Assembly (NCBI GenBank): GCA_001784175.1
Contig: MFPR01000020.1
Coordinates: 124,001 to 188,000 of the forward strand
Direction of reading: 5' to 3'
From: Candidatus Lindowbacteria bacterium RIFCSPLOWO2_12_FULL_62_27
Lineage (GTDB): Bacteria; Lindowbacteria; 2-12-FULL-62-27
Length of the DNA stretch: 64,000 bases
Notes under the pieces: generated by a model
What the model was told of the DNA's origin: nothing
Database searches by the model: none
What the model saw: the letters and a program-made list of their open reading frames with translations, nothing else
Shown: positions 52,703-60,284 of the stretch, one piece after another
Position numbering within the stretch: position 1 is the stretch's first letter
Layout: every line of letters begins with the position of its first letter
Program-made: the position numbers and the translations under genes

Positions 52703-55183
52703 GTGCCGTGTAAGCACGAGCAGGACGTGAAGGCGGGGTTGTGCACTCGAAGGCCGTATTATCTCTCGGTCTTTCTCTCCATATTGATATGGTCCTCCCT
52801 CGGATCGAGTTCTCTTGCCCTCACTCCCCGAGAGGAACTGCAACAGATTCTGAATCAAATCCCCGCCGAGTGGTGGAACGGCGGATGGGACAAGCTCGCC
52901 GAATTGGAATCGTTTATCCAAGCCTATCCGGATAAACCCGAACTTTGCGCCACGGCGCAGTTTTACATCGGGGCGTATTACAACGGCGTCAAACAATATG
53001 AAAAATCCGTCGAGGCCCATCAGACGTTGCTGACGAAATATCCAACGGCAAAGGAATGCGTGAAATCTCTGTGGGAAATCGGCTATATCCAGCAACATAG
53101 GTTGAAGAACCTGTCTGAAGCTCTTCAGGCCTATAAGCGGATCATCAATCAATATGGAGAGAGCGCCGAGACGCCGAAGGCGATGCTGGCGGCGGGCATT
53201 ATCTATCACCGGGCCAAACAACCCGATGTGGCGATCCAGACTTATCAAGACTTGATCCGAGCACATCCAGAGGCCGATGAATCTCCACGGGCTCTGTTGA
53301 AAACAGGGATCATCTACCGCGAGGTGAAGAAAAGAGATCAGGAACTCCAACCGTATGAGCAGGTGCTTCAAACTTATGGCCACACCAAGTATGCTCCGGA
53401 GGCCAAATTGTTGATCGGCGAATATCATATGCGAGCGAAGGACCATGAGAAGGCCATCGCCATATTTCAGGAAATGATCCAGGATTATCCGAGCGCGGAA
53501 AAAGTGCCGGAGGCATTGATCAATATTGGCGTGTGTTACCGGGAGCAAAGGAAATGGAAAGAGGAGATGACAGCCTATCAGGAGGTGCTGAAAAAATATG
53601 GAAACACGGAATATGCGCCCCGCGCGAAATTTGAGATGGGGGAGTGCTATCAGATCGCGAAGGACTACAACACGGCCATAGAAGTTCTGCGGGATCTGAT
53701 CTGGAAATATCCGAAATCGGAGGAGGCCCCGCGGGCGTTGTTAAAGATCGGGCTTATCTACCGCCAGTTGAATGATTTTGACCAAGAGTTGGCAACGTAC
53801 CAGAAGGTAGTCGAGCATTTTGGAAGCACCAAATACGCGGCGGCCGCCCAACTCAAGATCGGAGGGGTTTACCAACGGGCCAAGAAATACGAGAAAGCGA
53901 TCGAGGCGTATGGTGATTTGGTTAGTAACGTCCCGGATGTGGATGAAGCTCCGCGCGCGCTTATGAACACGGCCGAATGCTATTTATTGTTGAAGGATCC
54001 CGCACGTGCCATCCGGACGTTTCAGCAAGTGAGCGAGTCCTATCCCACAGGCGAATACGCGGCGAGGGCAAAACTCGCAATAGGGCGTCAGTATCTCACC
54101 TTGGGAGAAGTTGAAAAGGCAAGGGCATATCTTTCTCAAGTAGTGTCAGATCAAAAACTGATTCCCGGCCGGCCTTTAATGGAAGCACGTTTGGTGATGG
54201 GAGATATTGCAAGATCAATGGGAGAACGCGGGGAGGCATTCGGTCACTACAAAGAAGCGTATCGTGAGCCATATCACAATGTGAAATTGCTGAAGGAGGT
54301 GATCGAGAAACTATATCACGAATTTTATCACCAAGATCGCAATTATAATCGAGCAAACCGTTTCATCGCGTATCAGGCGTATGGGCCCACCGGAGAAGAT
54401 GGAGCGGGAGGAACAACAGATGACCTGAAAGACCCGTTAATTGAGGATGCGCTTGAGGCGGCGAGCATCATCCAGCGGAGGAATGAGGCATTGAGCCAAG
54501 AGGATTTGTTGGAATTGTTAAGCTATCTATTACCGAAAATAGGCAAGTTTGAGGCGGCCGAAGCCGCGAGCAAAGAAGCGATGTCAATGCAGACAAGTAA
54601 GGCGATTGATCCGACGGTCACGGTAGGGGTACGGGTGACAGCGTTGAAACAGTTGGTGAAGAATGTGGCCGCAAGTCCATTACCAATGAGCCATGTTGAA
54701 TTGTATCGGGAGGCGATCTGGAGAAAGCAGCAGAGATATAGAGATATCATTCCGTTGGTGAGGCAGTCATTGGTGGAGTACGGCGGAGCGACTGCGATTC
54801 GGGAGGTGCAGGCTGAAGCGGAGAATCTGATCGCGAATGCGTATGAACTGCTCGGCGATCTGGATCGAAGCATTCAGGAATATGAGATTCTGGCAAACAA
54901 CGCGCCGACACTGGATTGGGAATTGTTCTGGCGGTTTATTCTGGCCGAGTTATATATTGACAAGGGCGAAGATGAGAAAGGGATATCGATTTATCGCAGC
55001 GTGATTCAGAATCATTTTCAGCATGAGAACTGGCCTGCCTCTGCGCATTTTGAACTGGCGATATATTTCAAGGATATAGGGGAAGTCGCCCAAGCACGTA
55101 AAGAATTACAGGAGATCGTGGCACATTATCCGAAATCGGCATGGTTCGACCCTGCGACAATAAATCTGACGACATGGAAATGA
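52703..55183 (+). CDS. Exported tetratricopeptide-repeat protein
   Basis: Many ~37-aa repeats (YP.S..AP.AL..IG..Y); signal-like N-terminus; exact start uncertain. Confidence 0.85.
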   Translation: MPCKHEQDVKAGLCTRRPYYLSVFLSILIWSSLGSSSLALTPREELQQILNQIPAEWWNGGWDKLAELESFIQAYPDKPELCATAQFYIGAYYNGVKQYEKSVEAHQTLLTKYPTAKECVKSLWEIGYIQQHRLKNLSEALQAYKRIINQYGESAETPKAMLAAGIIYHRAKQPDVAIQTYQDLIRAHPEADESPRALLKTGIIYREVKKRDQELQPYEQVLQTYGHTKYAPEAKLLIGEYHMRAKDHEKAIAIFQEMIQDYPSAEKVPEALINIGVCYREQRKWKEEMTAYQEVLKKYGNTEYAPRAKFEMGECYQIAKDYNTAIEVLRDLIWKYPKSEEAPRALLKIGLIYRQLNDFDQELATYQKVVEHFGSTKYAAAAQLKIGGVYQRAKKYEKAIEAYGDLVSNVPDVDEAPRALMNTAECYLLLKDPARAIRTFQQVSESYPTGEYAARAKLAIGRQYLTLGEVEKARAYLSQVVSDQKLIPGRPLMEARLVMGDIARSMGERGEAFGHYKEAYREPYHNVKLLKEVIEKLYHEFYHQDRNYNRANRFIAYQAYGPTGEDGAGGTTDDLKDPLIEDALEAASIIQRRNEALSQEDLLELLSYLLPKIGKFEAAEAASKEAMSMQTSKAIDPTVTVGVRVTALKQLVKNVAASPLPMSHVELYREAIWRKQQRYRDIIPLVRQSLVEYGGATAIREVQAEAENLIANAYELLGDLDRSIQEYEILANNAPTLDWELFWRFILAELYIDKGEDEKGISIYRSVIQNHFQHENWPASAHFELAIYFKDIGEVAQARKELQEIVAHYPKSAWFDPATINLTTWK

Positions 55184-55319
55184 GATCAAACCAGATGCGG
55201 CTCTGTCGATTAGTGTCTCTTCCGGGCCTGGTGGACATCCCTCACATTCGGTCGATATCGAGGGGCTGGCGAAATGGTCGCACAGCAACAATGAGACGAT
55301 TGTTTCCCTTGGAAATACA

Positions 55320-56318
55320 ATGTCGACTTGGAGTCGACAATCATCAGCCAGCTCCGAAGAGTTTTTCATAAGCATGGCCTCTCAGAACGAGTTTCGAACC
55401 CCTCGGCTTGGGCCGAGGCTCGTTGACATAAAATATGTCCTAAAAATGCTCTTCTGGTTTATGCTATGCTCTGCCATCATGATCATCTTTGTCGTCCCTA
55501 TTGCTATAGCTTGGGTTCGAGTAACAATAACGATTCCCGGCTCTGCGGACAGGTGGTTCGTTTATTGTAACGAAACGGTTACTGTCCACGCGAGAGTTCG
55601 CTCAGGATTATGGAGACCCAACAAAGGACATAATGATATTAGTAATCCTAATTATTATCAAATACCCGTCAGCGTTATATGGTCATTGACCACAGATATG
55701 CCGACGGGCGCGGGTTCTATATCTTCGCCGTCGACCACCGATTCCTATGGTCTTACGACCACCACCTATACGGCTCCAGGTACAACCGGAGGACCTTCCA
55801 AGCTTGGGCATACCACAGTTAACGGATTAACGGCCGCGCCCGGCACTGGAGCAAAAAGCTTCCAAATACGTGGCATCCCCTCGAAACCACCTTCGCCGGA
55901 TCCAAGTGCAACTCAGTTCAGCGACTATCTTGCTTTAGTAAAGAAGTATATTAATCTTTCAACAGAACAAACGGCTAAAGATGTCTTGTCTGAACAGGAG
56001 AATGAATGTCCTGCTATCACATATGATCCTTCGCTGCCTGACACCAGGTCCGGGCTCACAAAAATAGACAAAAATACAAATGCATGTAAATCGGTTTCGT
56101 TTGGGAAGAGCGCGTTACGCGATGTTGATGAGTTTATTAAAACCGTAATACACGAGGCCGGACACATTCGGGCAAAGAATAGCACACAACCGGATAAAGA
56201 TAATGATGGTGCTCGCGAGGATTTTGACTTGGACGACAATTCATGGGAACCGAATGCATTAGAAGATTTTCTTCACCAATTCGAAACAGATCATAATCCC
56301 GGTAATATTTGTAGCTAG
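55320..56318 (+). CDS. Exported protein with Ig-like domain and C-terminal HExxH zinc-metallopeptidase motif
   Basis: Hydrophobic leader from ATG 55446 (probable start), TTDSYGLTTTTYTAP, TVIHEAGH. Confidence 0.65.
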   Translation: MSTWSRQSSASSEEFFISMASQNEFRTPRLGPRLVDIKYVLKMLFWFMLCSAIMIIFVVPIAIAWVRVTITIPGSADRWFVYCNETVTVHARVRSGLWRPNKGHNDISNPNYYQIPVSVIWSLTTDMPTGAGSISSPSTTDSYGLTTTTYTAPGTTGGPSKLGHTTVNGLTAAPGTGAKSFQIRGIPSKPPSPDPSATQFSDYLALVKKYINLSTEQTAKDVLSEQENECPAITYDPSLPDTRSGLTKIDKNTNACKSVSFGKSALRDVDEFIKTVIHEAGHIRAKNSTQPDKDNDGAREDFDLDDNSWEPNALEDFLHQFETDHNPGNICS

Positions 56319-56447
56319 TGTTTAGAAAAATGCCAATAATTGATAACGTGCGATCGGCTTCCTAATGGATGTAGATAAGGGTTTAGAGGTTGCGCGACCA
56401 GACGTACTATTCTGCCGACGAGTAAGGAATTTTACAGGAGGTGGGTC

Positions 56448-57485
56448 ATGATGGTAAGAATGAACAAGGCTCTTCTTTCGTTACTTGCACTGGTTATATT
56501 TACATGTGGTTCGCACAGAAATGCGTACCCAGATGATAAGCCGCATGACGATGATATTGATCAAGTACTCTTTATTAAATCGCCCGATCTGAATACTTTT
56601 ATTCTTCATTACTTGAAGCTTAACATTGATTCTGAAAGGGGAAAGAGAAAATCAGGAGAAGCATTCTCGTTTATATTCTCAGGTCAGTTCAATGATGAAG
56701 AAAGGATGGTGTGGCGAAAGGGCGGTCGGATCGGTCGTGAACCGGCACGGAGTATCTGGAGTCTTCGGAGTGCCGGAAAGGGTGTCTTTCCTGATGGCGA
56801 ACGCCAGACGATGAATGAAACCGTAAGAAAAGTTCTGGCTGATGGGGAGCAAAAAATGAACCCCAGGATACTTAGCACGCAGGGGTCCGGAATGATCTAT
56901 GTGGGCGAGGACAATGATTTCGAATTGGTGAGTATGATTGGTATTTATCCACTGACCAAGCAGGAATTATCGTCATTCCAAGAGGACATTACTTATACGC
57001 CGATTGAATCGGCATATTTGCAGATTGACGAATTATTCTCGAAAGCTGCTTGGACGGTCCCGGCGGATACACCAATCCGACTTGCCATGTTTCTTGTCGA
57101 TCAAATTGCATCTATTGACAGAGCTAGAAATGGACAGAGGGTGAGGATTGTTCCAGCGATTGAAATTTCACATCAGCTACGAGTAAGGGTCAATATCAAC
57201 GTGAGGGGATATCTGGATAAAACGCAACGCTTGCTTTTGGATAAAATAGCGACAAGTTTCAAGGCCTCGACGGAAAAACACAAGTGGATTAAAATATCTT
57301 TTACCGGTGTGGGACTCGTGGAAACGAAAACCAAGGGTCCACTCAGTGATTTTGAGATGGCACTGATTGAATTGTTGGTTGCCGAGATTCAATCGAAACA
57401 GACAGTTGCTGAGATAAAAATAGACGCGAAATTTAACAAGGGCGTGGGCGATGCCAAGAGCGATAACGACGATCATGATAGGTGA
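56448..57485 (+). CDS. Exported hypothetical protein
   Basis: AGGAGG RBS, signal-like MNKALLSLLALVIFTC, 345-aa ORF. Confidence 0.65.
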   Translation: MMVRMNKALLSLLALVIFTCGSHRNAYPDDKPHDDDIDQVLFIKSPDLNTFILHYLKLNIDSERGKRKSGEAFSFIFSGQFNDEERMVWRKGGRIGREPARSIWSLRSAGKGVFPDGERQTMNETVRKVLADGEQKMNPRILSTQGSGMIYVGEDNDFELVSMIGIYPLTKQELSSFQEDITYTPIESAYLQIDELFSKAAWTVPADTPIRLAMFLVDQIASIDRARNGQRVRIVPAIEISHQLRVRVNINVRGYLDKTQRLLLDKIATSFKASTEKHKWIKISFTGVGLVETKTKGPLSDFEMALIELLVAEIQSKQTVAEIKIDAKFNKGVGDAKSDNDDHDR

Positions 57486-57542
57486 CATTTGACACTCTGT
57501 CCGCTCAAATGCTGGCTAATGGCGAATTATCTGCAATAGGGG

Positions 57543-58371
57543 TTATTGCCTTTCGCCAATCCGCTTTATAATTTCAAGCACAAGCTGTGCCGAAATATCT
57601 GCGGCCATGCGGAACTGTTTACTAAAGTCCCCAGTGGCGTTTGAATTCGCCATATCACTGACGCTTCGAAGTGCCAGATATGGCACTCCCTGTTGCCAAC
57701 AAACCTGTGCGATCGCCGCCGCCTCCATTTCAACCGCGTCGGCGTGGAAAACCTTACGCAAAGACGCCTTTTTTGATGGTGAATGAAATAAATAGGTCAC
57801 CGGATACGATAACGCCTTTTAGAATATGTTGGAATCTCCTGAGTTCGTCGCTTGATTTCAGATTTATTGCAGCCGTCTCGGCGATATTCACAAGCCGAAT
57901 GGCAGCCGGGAAGAAATCCGGATTTCTGCTACCGATGATCGGATTTTTGACGCCTCGACTTGTGGTGGCTCCTTTTTCATCCAACGTTCCAAGGTCGTGT
58001 TGAGCCGTTTTCGTTGCAATTACCACGTCCCCAGTGGAGAGTTCCGGGTTGATGGCTCCGGCAACACCCGTCGAAATTACTTCATTGGGTCTAAAGTGTT
58101 CGATGAGGACGGTGGTGGTCATAGCCGCGTTGACCTTGCCGACGCCGGTGGCTGCTATGACAATTTTCCTTCCACCAATTTCTCCAATGTTGAACCTGAT
58201 TCCCTCGATGATGTGCTCCCGACCATTGCCCAAATCTGTTTTTAACAGCTCTACTTCGACATCCAATGCTCCTATGACAGCGGTTATGGAATCTTGCGCA
58301 TGGGCCATCGAATAAAACAACGGCATGTAAAGTAGGATGATGGTTTGTAGGATTCTGAAAAGGGCAGTCAT
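57543..58371 (-). pseudogene. mtnN: MTA/SAH nucleosidase with signal-like leader, frameshifted near 57770-57785
   Basis: IGALDVE, GVGKVNAA, SGDLFI in one frame; AVEMEAAAIAQV, LRSVSD in the +1 frame. Confidence 0.85.
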
Positions 58372-58441
58372 AAAGGTATATGGCCGCTTCTCGGCCGTCG
58401 GACAGTTTTTTATTTGACCTGAACTTGTATCCTGATAAGAC

Positions 58442-58585
58442 TTAATTTCGCGCTCCGGACGCGGCTTGGGATTTCGATATTTTATTGTAGCACCCTTTCC
58501 TGACCTTGGCGGATTGAGGATGCCGCTTTTCAAAAACAGAGAGTTTTTGAGATTTCTTTTTACCACCAGCATAGGCACCGGGCAT
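58442..58585 (-). CDS. Small 47-aa basic protein (not in ORF track)
   Basis: AAAAGGAGG RBS 7 nt before ATG; MPGAYAGGKKKSQKLSVFEKRHPQSAKVRKGCYNKISKSQAASGARN*. Confidence 0.45.
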   Translation of the reverse strand: MPGAYAGGKKKSQKLSVFEKRHPQSAKVRKGCYNKISKSQAASGARN

Positions 58586-58624
58586 AAGTAAGCCTCCTTT
58601 TGAATTATTCTAGTGAATATGAAA

Positions 58625-58774
58625 AATGGAGCCTAGGCTTGCCTTAACAAGCCACGCTTAAACTGGCGAAGTGTCATGGGATGTTAATACTTACTTTCAA
58701 AAATGTAGCGAAAATTAGAACTCGTTCTGGTTTTCGCTGCAACTCATTGCCAGTGAGCGTTTGTTGGCTCCATT
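58625..58774. ncRNA. Putative structured non-coding element adjoining the RT stop codon
   Basis: 9-bp terminal inverted repeat AATGGAGCC/GGCTCCATT enclosing nested stems, including an ~17-18 bp hairpin at 58704-58741. Confidence 0.55.
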
Positions 58775-60284
58775 AGGAAGTCAAGCTAACTCGGCGTTGC
58801 TTGTCAACCTTGCCGCCTTCTATTTTTAAGGTCCGAATCCAGCCCTCCAATTCTTCGGCGGCGTGGGTAAAAAACACACGATGAAAATATTGACCCCACG
58901 ATCTCGCGGTCCGATAGAACAATTCTGTTTTTTCTTCTGGGGTGTAGGGTGATGACAAAATATCAAGAAGTGCTTCCTTGCACAACTCGATGTTTTCTTT
59001 GCTCGGCTGAACCACCCCCTTCTCAATGTCGAATCCAAGCAAAGAGACGGGCTCGGTGTGCACATCGCGGGTTCCGCTCTTGCTCATGTTGATGATGAGT
59101 CCCAAATGGGTCTCAAGATATTCTTTGGCTTGGGTCAGGGTTTTTTCAGCGCCGAACTTTTTTCTGGCCACGAAGGTGACATCGTCGGCAAACCGCACCA
59201 TACGAAAGCCTTTTTGCTTGGCCCACACATCCAGCCGATGGAGAACCATGTTGCCTAGCATGGGCGACAGTGGCCCGCCCTGTGGGACACCCCGACCCCG
59301 CCGAACAAGCTCTCCATTCTCCTTTACGAGCTTGGCTCTGGCCTGGGCCATGATCCATGTGACGAGTCGCCAGTCTCCACGAAGGTCTTGCTTCAAAATC
59401 TTTCTCAATACGGGATGTGGGATCGAATCGAAAAAGTCCTTGATGTCGATGGCCACGACCCAGCGGTATCCCTCGTCCAGATAACTTCTGAAACACCGCA
59501 GCGCGTCGACCGCGCTTCTGCCGGGCCTGAACCCGAACGAAGAGGGCAGGAAGTAGGTTTCGGTGTACGGGCCGAGGACCTCGAACATCGCCGCCTGAAT
59601 GAGATGGTCTCGGACGGCGGGGATGGCCAATTCACGAACCCGCCCGTCCTTCTTGGGGATGAGCTTCTGCCGCAGCGGCCTGGGCTGAACCTGGTCCTCC
59701 AGAAATCGTTGCCGGACATCGTTGATAAACTCATCATGATTCTTAATCCGGTCGACGGATATCCCATCAACCCCGGCCGCCGGCCCGCGTTGCAGCAATC
59801 TATGCATGGCCGACTCCAGGACAAATCGTTGAGGGATCAGCGCCGACAACGGGAAGCGGATGGGATAATAGATGGACAACGACGCCGGTATGCCGCCGCG
59901 CCGAAGAGAGATCATGGCGCCTTTGGCCCTCCGCATATCGCCCGTGGGCGCCGGCGTGCGGATTCGACAGTCGCCGCCGTCCTTCGGCCGGATCAAAATT
60001 TCGCCGTTTTCGTAAGCGATGGCCGCAGGATAGAAATGAACACGGGACGCGTACCGTTGCGGAACCCATGCGTCTATGTCCCGTATGACAGGGAAGAAAT
60101 ACGGCAGTTTGGGGATGAAAAGTTTTTCCTCGTAGGGAAGGATTTCGTCCGGCTGAACACTGTCGCTTGTCAGCGCCTCCTGGAGTTGCCGTTCGGACAA
60201 TTGGGCCAGCATGAGGCGCGTGTCCGGCGCGGCAGACAAATAGTCTGTTATCACCTCTGCCAATAGCGGTGGGGGCTTGGTCAA
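58773..60284 (-). CDS. Group II intron-like reverse transcriptase with N-terminal extension
   Basis: RT0 AAGVDG, IPKKDGRVRELAIPAVRD, SFGFRPGRS, DIKDFFDSI, GVPQGGPLSP, RFADD, LLGFDI, thumb-like RSWGQYF; no HNH domain. Confidence 0.93.
   Translation of the reverse strand: MTKPPPLLAEVITDYLSAAPDTRLMLAQLSERQLQEALTSDSVQPDEILPYEEKLFIPKLPYFFPVIRDIDAWVPQRYASRVHFYPAAIAYENGEILIRPKDGGDCRIRTPAPTGDMRRAKGAMISLRRGGIPASLSIYYPIRFPLSALIPQRFVLESAMHRLLQRGPAAGVDGISVDRIKNHDEFINDVRQRFLEDQVQPRPLRQKLIPKKDGRVRELAIPAVRDHLIQAAMFEVLGPYTETYFLPSSFGFRPGRSAVDALRCFRSYLDEGYRWVVAIDIKDFFDSIPHPVLRKILKQDLRGDWRLVTWIMAQARAKLVKENGELVRRGRGVPQGGPLSPMLGNMVLHRLDVWAKQKGFRMVRFADDVTFVARKKFGAEKTLTQAKEYLETHLGLIINMSKSGTRDVHTEPVSLLGFDIEKGVVQPSKENIELCKEALLDILSSPYTPEEKTELFYRTARSWGQYFHRVFFTHAAEELEGWIRTLKIEGGKVDKQRRVSLTS

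Noticed and set aside
57768-57776. dnaX-type -1 programmed frameshift at AAAAAAG in mtnN
   Set aside because: Restoring the protein needs a +1 shift and the heptamer is not in the A-AAA-AAG phase
58562-58585. Double-glycine bacteriocin leader in the 47-aa ORF (AYAGG)
   Set aside because: The leader would be only 8 aa, lacks the ELxxIxG consensus, and the ABC has no C39 peptidase motif
58625-58774. Integron attC site (AAC..GTT ends, G-T bias on the bottom strand, directly after a stop codon)
   Set aside because: R boxes deviate from RYYYAAC/GTTRRRY, L boxes do not pair at canonical spacing, and no second attC or integrase was seen; not fully excluded without IntegronFinder
56358-58780. 12-nt inverted match CTTCCTAATGGA at 56358-56369 and 58769-58780 as element ends
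   Set aside because: A single 12-mer match is plausible by chance over several kb; no transposase or target duplication
58773-60284. Intact mobile group II intron, retron or DGR
   Set aside because: No canonical domain V/VI or GUGYG boundary, no retron NAxxH/VTG motifs, and no TR/VR repeat pair or avd gene seen
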